A stretch of DNA of 64,000 bases from Micavibrio sp. GTDB lineage: Bacteria > Pseudomonadota > Alphaproteobacteria > Micavibrionales > Micavibrionaceae. The stretch is from the NCBI GenBank assembly GCA_021604545.1, contig BQJE01000001.1, forward strand, positions 43,444 to 107,443, read 5' to 3'. The first letter of the stretch is position 1, and the number at the start of each line of letters is the position of its first letter. The notes below the pieces were generated by a model, which did no database searches, was not told where the DNA came from, and was given only the letters and a program-made list of their open reading frames with translations. The position numbers were made by a program, and so were the translations under genes. Below, piece by piece: positions 17,752-27,463 of the stretch.

Positions 17752-18237
17752 TCAACTATGAATTGTGCTTAGAAGCTTGGGTACATCAAGAACAACCAGC
17801 AACTCTTCCTCCAGCCTGAAGATGCCGCCTGATATTTCTCTCCATATTGCATCAAGCGTTGGTGGGTTGTTTTCGAACATGTCGTCTTTCAGTGTCAGAA
17901 CATCACCAACCCGGTCGATAATCAGGCTGTACAGCTCGTTTTCGTGCTCTACGACGACACTCATTCCTGTGGCTTCGCCATCTTTGGAAGGGTCTATGCC
18001 CAGGCGGCGCCTGACGTCAATGGCCGTGACAACCCGGCCACGCAAATTAAGTGAGCCTGCGACTTCCGACGGGGCCAGGGGGATATTGGTAACGATTTGC
18101 TCTCCCAGCACGTCCTGAACCTGCAGAACAGGTATGCCAAAGCGTTGCTCGGCGATTATTATGGTCAGAAAATCTTTGGACTGGTCGCGAGATTCTCCGT
18201 CGAGGTCGTAATCTTTATTTGCTGCTGCTGTGCTCAT
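17752..18237 (-). CDS. cheW: Chemotaxis coupling protein CheW
   Basis: It is a single 161-aa CheW-like domain (FGIPVLQVQDV...LNLRGRVVTAIDVRRRLG). It overlaps cheA by 4 nt. Confidence 0.9.
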   Translation of the reverse strand: MSTAAANKDYDLDGESRDQSKDFLTIIIAEQRFGIPVLQVQDVLGEQIVTNIPLAPSEVAGSLNLRGRVVTAIDVRRRLGIDPSKDGEATGMSVVVEHENELYSLIIDRVGDVLTLKDDMFENNPPTLDAIWREISGGIFRLEEELLVVLDVPKLLSTIHS

Positions 18238-21041
18238 GCTTGCTCTCCCTGTTCCTGTTGCGCTGCTTTTTGCTGCTCTATGAGTGTGTGGGACAACGCA
18301 GTAAGCAGTGTGTCTTTGTCAAATTTGGCTATGTGCTTTGTAAAGCCAACTTGTACACCCCTGTCCATATCTTCCGGCGTGGCGTGTGATGTCAAAGCAA
18401 TCATTGGGGTGTTCTGCCAGCTTGAATCAGCTTTGACTTTTTCGGCGAATTCAAAGCCGTCCATTTCCGGCATTTCAATGTCACTGACGATGACATCGAA
18501 CTGGGCGCCATCTTCGCACATTTTAAGGGCGGTCTTTGCGTTATCGAGTGTTGTCACTTCATAGCCGGCAATGCCTAATATAGGGGCTAGCATATTGCGA
18601 AAGAAAGGGCTGTCATCAACAAGCAGGAGACGTTTTTTGCCCCCGCCAGCGCTGCCATAGGACTCGTCTCCATCATTTTTAAACCAGTTGTCGTGGGTTG
18701 TGTTCAGGAAATGCATCACATCAACGACATCGGTGGCTTTTTCATTAATGATGGCGCTGCCGAGAAGACCTTGCTGGGTGCTGCTGAGCTGAACGTCGAT
18801 ATGTTCTTCTGTGATGTCGATAATTTCGTCGACGATGAGGCCCATCGAGCGGTCTTGATCGGAGAAAACCAGAACGGGCTTTTCTTCGACATCGTTCATT
18901 TTTACGGAAGAATCAAACGGGATAAGAGGCATAAGGCTGCCACGGTATTGGACCATCATTTGCCCACTCGAATGTTCTATGTCGGAAATTTTGACATTCT
19001 CAAGCCGTGCAACCAGAGACAAAGGCACAGCTTTGGGCGTGGTGCCACCGATGCTGAAGAGCAGCAGCGATGTTTTTTGCTGTGAGCTTCCAATATGGGC
19101 GGCATCTTCAATAGCTGAGTCGTCTGCCTCGGCTGAGTCAATCTCTCCGGCGACTCTGGCGACACCGTTAGGGTCAAGAATCATGATAACGCTTCCGTCA
19201 CCCAGGATTGTGTTGCCGGAAAACAGATCAATATCACGAAGGATTGTAGGCACCGGTTTGACAACAATTTCTTCTGTATCGTAAACGCGGTCGACGATAA
19301 TACCAAAATCATAAGCGCCGGTTTCCGTGACGATAACATACTGGTTCTGCAGAGGTTGTTTTTGTGCTGCATCATCGCTTTCTGAATGGTTCTCGGCTTC
19401 AGCAGATTTCTGCGATTCTTCTGCACCTAACTCCGGCTCCTGAACATCTATAGATTCAAGGTGTTCGCTGATGGGAACGTCGTCTCTTTGCAGTTTGAGC
19501 AATTCATCAAGAGATACGAGCGGCAAGAGGCGGTCGCGCAGTCTGAAGACTGGGGTGCCTTTAATCATCTCGATTTTATTATCGCCATGTTCCGAGGTCA
19601 TGACAAGTTCACGGACTGAAAGTTGCGGTATGGCAAAGCGCTGTCCTGCTGATTCGACAATAAGGGCAGAGACAATAGCGAGCGTGAGAGGAATTTTGAT
19701 TGTAAAGGTTGAGCCTTTTCCTTCTGTCGACTTGAGTTCAATAGAACCACCAATTTTTTCAATATTGGTGCGCACAACATCCATGCCGACGCCACGGCCA
19801 GATACGGACGTGACTTTCTCTGCCGTTGATAACCCGGCGTGAAAAATATATTGTTGGATTTGCTGGCTCGACATCTCTTTTAGTTCTGCTTCGGTTGCCA
19901 AACCATTGGAAATGATTTTTGCTTTAATTTTATCAAGCGGCAGTCCTTTACCGTCATCAGAGATTTCAATGATGATATGCCCACCTTCATGGAAAGCGTG
20001 GAGCAGGACTTTGCCGGTTTCAGGCTTGCCGGCAGCCACACGGTCTGCGGGCACTTCAATGCCGTGATCACCGGAATTTCGAACCATATGGGTCAGGGGA
20101 TCTTTGATCAGTTCGAGAACCTGACGGTCCAGCTCTGTATCTTGTCCGCGCATTTCCAGATCAATCTTTTTGCCCAGCTCTATACTGAGATCGCGGATAA
20201 TACGCGGCAGTTTTGACCAAGCATTGCCGATGGGCTGCATACGCGTTTTCATGACGCCTTCCTGAAGCTCGGACACGACATGGTTCAGTCGCTGTAGCGG
20301 CGCCGTAAAGTCACTTTCAGTATGCGCGCGTAGAATTTGCAAAAGCTGGTTGCGAGTTAGAACCATCTCGCTGACCATGGTCATAAGGTCTTCGAGAACA
20401 TCAACACTGACGCGCAGTGTTTGTGTCGTCATCGGCGTGTCTTTTTTGACGGCCTCGGTTTTTTGTTCCTCAGCAGCAGGTGGCTCTGCCTGCACTTCTT
20501 TATTGGGGATTGAATCTTGTTGGTCTAATGGTAGAACTTCTGCTGCGGCGAAAGCGGCTTCGAGTTCTGCTTCTGTGGCCATGCCGGGGATTGATTCTTC
20601 TTCTTCTGTTTTTTTCAATTTTTCTTCCTCAATTGGGGGTGGGGCAATAGGGGGTGGGGCGTCTTCGCCTTCAAAGACAGCATCCAGTTTTGCGATTAAG
20701 GCATCATCGCGACCTTCTGGTTCGCTCCCTGTCTCTTCCAGAGAGCCAACAATAAATTTAATAACATCAAGTGATTCGAAAATAAGCGAGACATACTCAG
20801 GTGTGACCTCGAGGTCGCCGTCACGGAACCGTCCCAGAACATTTTCAGCTCTGTGTGCAACGGTTTCAAGACGCGGCAGGCCTAAAAAGCCGCAAGTTCC
20901 TTTGATAGTGTGGACAAGGCGGAAAATATTTCCAAGCAATTCTTTATCATTGGGGTCTTGTTCGAGACCGAGGAGATCTTGATCGAGGCTTTCCAGGAAT
21001 TCGTTTGTTTCTGTTAAAAACTCGCCAATAAGGTCGTCCAT
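18234..21041 (-). CDS. cheA: Hybrid chemotaxis histidine kinase CheA: Hpt-dimerisation-HATPase, two CheW-like domains, C-terminal receiver
   Basis: Hpt site is HTIKGTCGFLGL. HATPase motifs are HMVRNSGDHGIE, DDGKG and GRGVGMD. The P5 domain carries an acidic ~50-aa insert and is followed by a second CheW-like domain. The REC domain reads LLLVDDSPFFR...DIEMPEMDG...K. Confidence 0.93.
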   Translation of the reverse strand: MDDLIGEFLTETNEFLESLDQDLLGLEQDPNDKELLGNIFRLVHTIKGTCGFLGLPRLETVAHRAENVLGRFRDGDLEVTPEYVSLIFESLDVIKFIVGSLEETGSEPEGRDDALIAKLDAVFEGEDAPPPIAPPPIEEEKLKKTEEEESIPGMATEAELEAAFAAAEVLPLDQQDSIPNKEVQAEPPAAEEQKTEAVKKDTPMTTQTLRVSVDVLEDLMTMVSEMVLTRNQLLQILRAHTESDFTAPLQRLNHVVSELQEGVMKTRMQPIGNAWSKLPRIIRDLSIELGKKIDLEMRGQDTELDRQVLELIKDPLTHMVRNSGDHGIEVPADRVAAGKPETGKVLLHAFHEGGHIIIEISDDGKGLPLDKIKAKIISNGLATEAELKEMSSQQIQQYIFHAGLSTAEKVTSVSGRGVGMDVVRTNIEKIGGSIELKSTEGKGSTFTIKIPLTLAIVSALIVESAGQRFAIPQLSVRELVMTSEHGDNKIEMIKGTPVFRLRDRLLPLVSLDELLKLQRDDVPISEHLESIDVQEPELGAEESQKSAEAENHSESDDAAQKQPLQNQYVIVTETGAYDFGIIVDRVYDTEEIVVKPVPTILRDIDLFSGNTILGDGSVIMILDPNGVARVAGEIDSAEADDSAIEDAAHIGSSQQKTSLLLFSIGGTTPKAVPLSLVARLENVKISDIEHSSGQMMVQYRGSLMPLIPFDSSVKMNDVEEKPVLVFSDQDRSMGLIVDEIIDITEEHIDVQLSSTQQGLLGSAIINEKATDVVDVMHFLNTTHDNWFKNDGDESYGSAGGGKKRLLLVDDSPFFRNMLAPILGIAGYEVTTLDNAKTALKMCEDGAQFDVIVSDIEMPEMDGFEFAEKVKADSSWQNTPMIALTSHATPEDMDRGVQVGFTKHIAKFDKDTLLTALSHTLIEQQKAAQQEQGEQA

Positions 21042-21135
21042 AATACTGCCCTTCCAGCCAAATTCTTTGGCCGTGCTATCTGATTGATTTAAGTTTTACG
21101 CAGCCACCCTTATTATTCACTATGCCTGAAGAGTG

Positions 21136-21151
21136 TTAAATAGATATTAGC
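21136..21151. promoter_or_regulatory. Near-consensus CtrA box (TTAA-N7-TTAGC) upstream of the che operon
   Basis: The site is ttaaatagatattagc, ~95 nt upstream of the cheA start codon in the chpT-cheA intergenic region. Confidence 0.35.
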
Positions 21152-21246
21152 TCCACCTACAAAGATATCCTATTTTTAGTGCCGAAAGAATTCAGAAATG
21201 GGTGAATTGGGAAGATAGGCTCTCTAGCCTACGGGTGTGTGTATCC

Positions 21247-21885
21247 CTATAGATTATGGGGCGACGTAAGGGTTAGAGCGACGAAAGTTCCGTTTTCTTC
21301 TTGTGTTGATATTTTAAATCCGTAGCTTTTAGCCATAAGGCCGGTGATGAAGGGGTGGATGATTTTGGGCTCCAGTTTTTCGGAGGCAATGTCGAGGGAT
21401 AGGGCAGTTAGGATGTTTTCTCTAAAGCTGGCATCTTCGCCCGTGGCTTTTATAACGGTTTGATCTGATTCTTCTGCTGTCACCGTAATGGTGCCTCCTT
21501 TGGGCAGACAGTCTATGGCCAAAAGCATACAGGACATTAAGATTTTGCCAAAACCTGTAGGCAGCATTTCAGGGCCGATGGGCGCGTGCGGGTCCCAGTC
21601 CTGCTTTATTTTACCATCGCCGCCGATTAGGGCTTCGAATATGTTGTAAACATCTTCTGGTTTGATGCTGGAATCGGCGCCGCCCGCGCCATAGGCCATG
21701 CGGTAGGCTTGTAGTTTGCCCGAGGCCTGCTGTGCGCTGAAGGCGATTAAGCCGGCGACTTCTTCGCTGGATTCGGCATCCATTTCCTCTAGCAGCTCAA
21801 CGCCGTTATTAACGGCGCCAATCGGACTAATCAGGTCGTGACAAATTTTTGAAGATAGCAATTCAAGGATATGGATATCGGACAT
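21247..21885 (-). CDS. chpT: Histidine phosphotransferase ChpT (CckA-ChpT-CtrA phosphorelay)
   Basis: The N-terminus LLSSKICHDLISPIGAVNNGVELLEE is the ChpT/DUF2328 signature, with the phosphorylatable His in CHDL. Length is 212 aa. Confidence 0.85.
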   Translation of the reverse strand: MSDIHILELLSSKICHDLISPIGAVNNGVELLEEMDAESSEEVAGLIAFSAQQASGKLQAYRMAYGAGGADSSIKPEDVYNIFEALIGGDGKIKQDWDPHAPIGPEMLPTGFGKILMSCMLLAIDCLPKGGTITVTAEESDQTVIKATGEDASFRENILTALSLDIASEKLEPKIIHPFITGLMAKSYGFKISTQEENGTFVALTLTSPHNL

Positions 21886-21909
21886 CAGGTTTGCGCTCTC
21901 TGTTTTTTA

Positions 21910-23349
21910 TTATTGTTCAGGATATTCAAGGTTATATCCCAGTTTTTTAAGTTCATCTCCAGCCATTGCTTTTAGGCGTTCCAGCCCTTCAGCGCTGCTG
22001 GCCTCCATGCGCGCGACCAAAACATTTTGCGTGTTGGATGGGCGCAGCAGCCACCAGCCATCCTGAGTGGTTACACGAATGCCGTCAATATCATCGATGC
22101 TGATATCCTCATTTTTGTCTGCTTTAAGGCGTTCGGTGATTTGCGGGACAATACCGAATTTTTTATCTTCCTCGACTTCACAGCGTATTTCCGGTGTGTT
22201 GTGCAGGACGGGCAGATCTTTCGTCAGGGATGAAAGGTTTTCGGCTTCGCAGGCGGCGTTGATAAGGCGAATGGCGCAATAGAGTGCATCGTCAAAGCCG
22301 TAATATTTATCAGCAAAAAAGATGTGACCGCTCAGCTCGCCGGCCAGTGGGGCTTTGAGCTCGGCCATTTTGGCTTTGACTAGCGAATGACCGGTCTTCC
22401 ACATCACGGCATTGCCGCCGAGCCTTTTTATTTCGTCAAACATAACTTGCGAACATTTCACATCTCCGATGATCGATGCGCCGGGTGTCTCAGCCAGAAT
22501 ATCGCGGGCGTAAATTGTCATCAGGATATCGCAGCGCAGAATGTCCCCAAGTTCATTCACGACGCCAATGCGGTCGCCATCACCGTCAAAGGCGATGCCA
22601 AGATCACAGTTTTGTTCGAGAACGGTTTTCTTGAGGTCGATGAGGTTTTCATCAACAGTCGGGTCGGGGTGATGATTGGGGAATTGGCCGTCAATATCAT
22701 CGTAAAGCAGGATATGCTCGCCGGGCAGTTTTTGTGTGAGGCGGCGCAGAATTTCACCAGCAGCGCCATTGCCGTTATCCCAGGCGATCTTTAGGGGACG
22801 TCCACCATCAAAGTCTTTCATTAGGCGTTCAACGTAAGTGTCCTGAATATCGATATCATTGACCAGTCCATCGTCGCCGGTTTCAAAGTCACCTTCTGCT
22901 GCGATTTTCCCAAGTTCCTGAATGGTTTCACCAAAGACGGGCCCGCTTTGCAGGGTCATTTTGAAGCCGTTATAATCCGGTGGGTTGTGTGAGCCGGTAA
23001 TCATCACGCCAGCGTCAGCCATGTGGTCCTTGACGGCAAAATAAAGCATGGGCGTTGGGCCAAGGCCGATATGGTCTACTTTGGCCCCGGTTGAGATCAG
23101 ACCTTTTATGAGGGCTTCGGCCAAGCCCGGTGAGGTTGTGCGGCCATCATAGCCAACGCAGAATTTTGTCCGGCGGCCTTTTTCAGTTTTGGGGTGGCGT
23201 TTGACGTAGGTGCCAAAAGCCTGGCCCAGTGCGAAAGCATCATCTTCGCTGAGGTTTTTACCAACCTGTCCGCGCATGTCGTATTCACGCAAAATTGTAG
23301 GATCAAAATTATAGCCGCTCTGGTTTGGTTGTTTATCCGGCTGCGACAT
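21910..23349 (-). CDS. Phosphomannomutase / phosphoglucomutase
   Basis: The active-site loop TGSHNPPDYNGFK and the metal loop FDGDGDR are present. I chose the start at MSQPDKQ (23349). It overlaps the galU stop by 17 nt. Confidence 0.9.
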   Translation of the reverse strand: MSQPDKQPNQSGYNFDPTILREYDMRGQVGKNLSEDDAFALGQAFGTYVKRHPKTEKGRRTKFCVGYDGRTTSPGLAEALIKGLISTGAKVDHIGLGPTPMLYFAVKDHMADAGVMITGSHNPPDYNGFKMTLQSGPVFGETIQELGKIAAEGDFETGDDGLVNDIDIQDTYVERLMKDFDGGRPLKIAWDNGNGAAGEILRRLTQKLPGEHILLYDDIDGQFPNHHPDPTVDENLIDLKKTVLEQNCDLGIAFDGDGDRIGVVNELGDILRCDILMTIYARDILAETPGASIIGDVKCSQVMFDEIKRLGGNAVMWKTGHSLVKAKMAELKAPLAGELSGHIFFADKYYGFDDALYCAIRLINAACEAENLSSLTKDLPVLHNTPEIRCEVEEDKKFGIVPQITERLKADKNEDISIDDIDGIRVTTQDGWWLLRPSNTQNVLVARMEASSAEGLERLKAMAGDELKKLGYNLEYPEQ

Positions 23350-24271
23350 GAATTTTCTCCTCTGTGCCGTTTGCAATTTTTTCTATGATTTCTTTGACTT
23401 GTGATCCGATCTTCGGGCTATGCATGCTGTAGGCGATATTGGCTTCAATGAATCCAAGGTGGTGTCCACAATCGTAGCGGGTACCATCAAAGCGCAAGCC
23501 GTTGAAGGGCTGCTCGCCGATGAGTTTGGCCATGGCGTCTGTTAATTGTATTTCTCCGCCGGCGCCTTTTTCGTGGCCGGAAAGTTTTTCGAATATCTCG
23601 GGCTGTAAAATATAGCGGCCAATGATAGATAGCGTCGACGGTGCATTTTCTGGTTCAGGTTTTTCGACCAGGCCTTTGATATCGGCTAGTTTTCCGTCAT
23701 CTGAATGCACGTCAAGTATGCCGTATTTGTTTGTGTCTTCTTTTGGTACATCCATCACGGCGACCAGATTGCCACCAGCCTTATTATAGGTCTCGATCAT
23801 TTGCGTGAGGCATCCGGCGTCACCCAGGACGACGTCATCAGGCAGCATAATCGCGAAAGGCTCATCGCCGACGAACTCACGCGCGCACCAGATGGCATGG
23901 CCGAGGCCGAGCGGTTCATCCTGATAGGCGAGGTGAAGTTTGTCTGCGGGAATTTCACAGGACTTTACGGCTTCGAGCTGCTGCGTTTTGCCGCGCGCTT
24001 CCAAGGTTTTCGTGAGCGCTTCATGCTTTATAAAGTGGTCCTTGAGGATTTCCTTGCCCTTGCTGATGACGAAGATGAACTCTTCGATTCCGGCGGCTTT
24101 GGCTTCTTCGACGGCGTGCTGGATCAGTGGCCGGTCGACCAGGGTCAGCATCTCCTTGGGCATGACTTTGGTCGCCGGCAGAAAGCGCGTGCCAAGCCCG
24201 GCAACAGGGAAAACGGCCTTGCGGACAGGTTTTATGTTATCTGGCGTGTTCATGGGGCCCATGTGTGCCAT
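23333..24271 (-). CDS. galU: UTP--glucose-1-phosphate uridylyltransferase
   Basis: It has the RKAVFPVAGLGTRFLPATKVMPKEML motif and VEKP. The start is ambiguous between 24271 and 24253. Confidence 0.92.
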   Translation of the reverse strand: MAHMGPMNTPDNIKPVRKAVFPVAGLGTRFLPATKVMPKEMLTLVDRPLIQHAVEEAKAAGIEEFIFVISKGKEILKDHFIKHEALTKTLEARGKTQQLEAVKSCEIPADKLHLAYQDEPLGLGHAIWCAREFVGDEPFAIMLPDDVVLGDAGCLTQMIETYNKAGGNLVAVMDVPKEDTNKYGILDVHSDDGKLADIKGLVEKPEPENAPSTLSIIGRYILQPEIFEKLSGHEKGAGGEIQLTDAMAKLIGEQPFNGLRFDGTRYDCGHHLGFIEANIAYSMHSPKIGSQVKEIIEKIANGTEEKIHVAAG

Positions 24272-24305
24272 TTTTGGGTGTATTTTGCAAGTTTTGATAA
24301 GATTT

Positions 24306-24758
24306 TCAGGGGTTTTTATTAAGCAATATGTCCTTCGCCTGATTGAGCTTTGAGGCCATCCAGTCGGAGCCTTCCTGATCGGGGTGGACTTTTTTCATCA
24401 GTTTTTTATAGGCGGTTTTGATGTCGTCTTCGGAGGCGTTGTCTTCGAGGCCGAGGATTTCAAGTGCATCTTCGCGGGTAACGGGCTTGCCGGGGTCACT
24501 CTCGGCAGCGGAAGAAACTGTGCTGGCGGCTTTTAGGACTCTGAGCAAGCCGATGGCAAAGGGGAAGATCGCAACGACCAATGCCAAGGCCGCGGGCAGG
24601 CGGCCGGTAATCGCCATGACGAACAAGGCGAGCGACAGCACGACAATAACCGCGGTGAGGGCAAGCGCTTTGATTTGTTCCACGCTGGCTTTTAGTACAA
24701 AGCGGTAGAGCGCGTAGAGGCCAATCAAAACGCCGATGGCAAGAATGAGATAGGGCAT
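24306..24758 (-). CDS. Membrane-anchored J-domain protein (DjlA-like)
   Basis: It has three N-terminal transmembrane helices. The C-terminal J-domain (ALEILGL...IKTAYKKLMKKVHPDQ) carries the HPD motif. Confidence 0.8.
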   Translation of the reverse strand: MPYLILAIGVLIGLYALYRFVLKASVEQIKALALTAVIVVLSLALFVMAITGRLPAALALVVAIFPFAIGLLRVLKAASTVSSAAESDPGKPVTREDALEILGLEDNASEDDIKTAYKKLMKKVHPDQEGSDWMASKLNQAKDILLNKNP

Positions 24759-25621
24759 CAGGCGGCCTGTCCGGTGCCAAAAGACTTAGCGGCTACGCGC
24801 GGTCGCACATGGCCTTTGATTTTTTCCGGCGCGATGGCGGTGATGAGCTGGCGGACTTCTTGTCGCGCTGTGAGTTCGGACAGGCTAAGTCTTGCATCGG
24901 GGTCTTCCTTGATATCAAGCAATGTGAGGCCTTTCAGGAATAATTCCTTGAAGATGACCCGCTCGCCAAAGCCGGGGGCGGTGCGGAAACCGGCATGTGC
25001 GCCGATTTGTCCCAGCAGGTCGCCGATGAGCTTTTTGTTTTTGGCATCGATGTGCCCCAAACGATTGCGCAGGACGATCCAGTCAATATCGCCATTGTCG
25101 CGGATTTTCTTGAGGCCGCGCTGGTCATTGACCATGCGGGAATAAACCGATGGGCCGAGAACTTTATAGGTGTCAGGCTCAATGCTGGCGAGCAGGTCAA
25201 GATCGATGAAGCTGTCATTCATTGGCGTGATGAGTGTGTCGGCATAGGTGTGGCCGAGGCGGCTGAGGTAAGAATCAGTGCCGGGCGTATCAATGACAAT
25301 AAAGTCGCATTCTTCATGATTGAGCTCATACATCGCCAGCGAGAGCATGTTGCGCTCTTCGTCGCGCTGCTCCTGTACGCTGTCGGCATCGCTTTTCTGG
25401 ATGGCCATATGGGCGGGGCTGAGGATTGGCTTTCTGCTGCGCTTCATGAAATCGAAGCGGTTTTTCATGTATCGGGTGAGGGTGCCTTGGCGCGCATCGA
25501 GATCAATGGTGCCGACTTTGTAGCCCAGTCTCAGCAGGGCCACAGCGGTGTGCATGGCGGTGGTCGATTTGCCCGACCCGCCTTTTTCATTTCCAAAAAC
25601 AATGATGTGCGCTGTATTCAT
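24758..25621 (-). CDS. mipZ: Division-plane positioning ATPase MipZ (ParA/MinD superfamily)
   Basis: It has the deviant Walker A FGNEKGGSGKSTTAMH, a MipZ-like length and a MipZ-like C-terminus. Confidence 0.8.
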   Translation of the reverse strand: MNTAHIIVFGNEKGGSGKSTTAMHTAVALLRLGYKVGTIDLDARQGTLTRYMKNRFDFMKRSRKPILSPAHMAIQKSDADSVQEQRDEERNMLSLAMYELNHEECDFIVIDTPGTDSYLSRLGHTYADTLITPMNDSFIDLDLLASIEPDTYKVLGPSVYSRMVNDQRGLKKIRDNGDIDWIVLRNRLGHIDAKNKKLIGDLLGQIGAHAGFRTAPGFGERVIFKELFLKGLTLLDIKEDPDARLSLSELTARQEVRQLITAIAPEKIKGHVRPRVAAKSFGTGQAA

Positions 25622-25672
25622 TATGCGTTAGAATAATACGAAAGAGTAAGTGTTTTCCAGTAGTTTAGAGAG

Positions 25673-27448
25673 ATGTCTGATAAAAACAGTATATATAAAG
25701 TGAAGCTGGCGGCTTTACGGGAAAATATGGCACAGCAGGGGCTGGATGGCCTGATCGTGCCGCATGCCGATGCATTCCAGAGCGAATACCCGCCGCCGGG
25801 CGCAAGGCGGCTGGAGTGGCTGACCGGGTTTAGCGGCTCGGCCGGGGTGGCGGTTGTGTTGGCGGATAAAGCGGTGGTGATGAGTGATGGGCGTTATACG
25901 ATCCAGCTGGCGCAGCAGGTAGATGGCGATTTGTTTGAAACCGGTGATGTGACGAAGGCTGGCGTGTCGAAGTGGTTGCCCAAGAACGCATCGAAGGGGC
26001 AGGTGATTGGTTATGATCCGTGGCTGTTTACGCCGAAGCAGATTGAAGGCTTAGAAGATAAGATCAAAGACAGCGAAATTGTTTTGAAGGGCGTGTCTGA
26101 AAATCCTGTGGATGTGATCTGGCAGGACAGACCGGAAGCGCCAATGGTTGCAGCAACCATATTCCCCGAAGAGATTGCCGGAATTTCCTCGGCGAAAAAA
26201 CGCGAGATGATTACCGAAGAGGTTAAAAAAGCCGGTGGCGATGCGGTGATTTTAACGCAACCGGATTCGGTGTGCTGGCTGTTGAATGTACGTGGGAATG
26301 ATGTTGATTATGTGCCTTCGATTTTGTCCTACGCGATTTTGCATGTTGGTGGGAATGTTGACTGGTTTGTAGAGCCGGAAAAAGTTCCGGATGATGTTAA
26401 GCAGCATTTGGGGCAGGGCGTTCAGGTTTTGGCTCCGTCAGAGATATCGCAGTCAATTGCCAAGTTAACGGGGAAAGTGCTTCTCGATTTTCAGCGCTCT
26501 CCGATGTGGTTTAAAGAGCAGAAGATTGACGTTATAGATTTCAAAGATCCATGTGTTTCTCCCAAGGCTTGTAAAACCAAAGAGGAACGGGCGGCAATTG
26601 AACAGGCGCATGTCAGTGACGGCGTGGCGATTGTTCGTTTTCTGGTCTGGTTGGATCAAGAGGCGCGGAAAGGGCAATTGACCGAACTGGGTGTTGTCGA
26701 GAAGCTCGAAGAGTTTCGACAGCTTGATAAAAATTATAAGGGTCCGAGTTTTGATACGATATCCGGGTTTGGACCCAATGGTGCGATTGTTCATTACCGG
26801 GTGAGTGAGGAGACGAACAGTAAAATTGAATCGTCGGGATTGTTGCTGGTCGATAGCGGTGGACAATATCATTGGGGGACCACAGATATTACCCGCACAA
26901 TTGCAATTGGAGAGCCTTCGGAGGAGATGAAGGTGAATTTTACGCGCGTTCTCAGGGGCCATATAGCATTGGCGACGGCACGTTTTCCTGCCGGGACGGT
27001 TGGGGCGCAGATTGATGCGCTGGCACGACAGCCTTTGTGGAATTCCGGCCTTGATTTTGCCCATGGCACCGGCCACGGGGTGGGATGTTATCTTCAGGTG
27101 CATGAAGAGGCGGCAAGTATTTCTCCGCGCGGGAAGGAGCCTTTTGAAGCCGGTATGCTGATTTCCAATGAACCGGGTTACTACAAGAAAGGCGCTTACG
27201 GCATCAGGATTGAAAATCTTGTGCTGGTGGAAGAGGCGGAGCGGTGCGCCGATACGGATACAGAAATGCTTAACTTTAAAACCGTCACGCTAGCGCCAAT
27301 TGATCGAAAGCTGATTGTTGCAAATATGTTGAGTATGGAAGAGCGTCAGTGGCTCAACGCTTATCATGAGCGTGTCAGGGATGTCCTGTCTTCGAAGCTG
27401 GATAAGGACGAGGTTGCATGGCTGACTGAGCAAACACACGCGCTGTAA
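25673..27448 (+). CDS. Xaa-Pro aminopeptidase (M24B, aminopeptidase P family)
   Basis: It has a creatinase-like N-terminal domain. The M24 metal ligands are present (DSGGQY, DITRT, HGTGHGVG, SNEPGYY, IRIEN). Confidence 0.9.
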   Translation: MSDKNSIYKVKLAALRENMAQQGLDGLIVPHADAFQSEYPPPGARRLEWLTGFSGSAGVAVVLADKAVVMSDGRYTIQLAQQVDGDLFETGDVTKAGVSKWLPKNASKGQVIGYDPWLFTPKQIEGLEDKIKDSEIVLKGVSENPVDVIWQDRPEAPMVAATIFPEEIAGISSAKKREMITEEVKKAGGDAVILTQPDSVCWLLNVRGNDVDYVPSILSYAILHVGGNVDWFVEPEKVPDDVKQHLGQGVQVLAPSEISQSIAKLTGKVLLDFQRSPMWFKEQKIDVIDFKDPCVSPKACKTKEERAAIEQAHVSDGVAIVRFLVWLDQEARKGQLTELGVVEKLEEFRQLDKNYKGPSFDTISGFGPNGAIVHYRVSEETNSKIESSGLLLVDSGGQYHWGTTDITRTIAIGEPSEEMKVNFTRVLRGHIALATARFPAGTVGAQIDALARQPLWNSGLDFAHGTGHGVGCYLQVHEEAASISPRGKEPFEAGMLISNEPGYYKKGAYGIRIENLVLVEEAERCADTDTEMLNFKTVTLAPIDRKLIVANMLSMEERQWLNAYHERVRDVLSSKLDKDEVAWLTEQTHAL

Positions 27449-27463
27449 ATATTCTTTGTAAAA

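Noticed and set aside
20350-20982. A 210-aa plus-strand ORF and several other 60-130-aa ORFs antisense to cheA.
   Set aside because: They are Ser/Ala-rich shadow frames within a gene whose domain structure is complete on the minus strand.
26465-27103. A 212-aa minus-strand ORF inside pepP.
   Set aside because: It is antisense to a gene with all M24 metal ligands intact, and it has Arg/Asn/Leu-rich junk composition.
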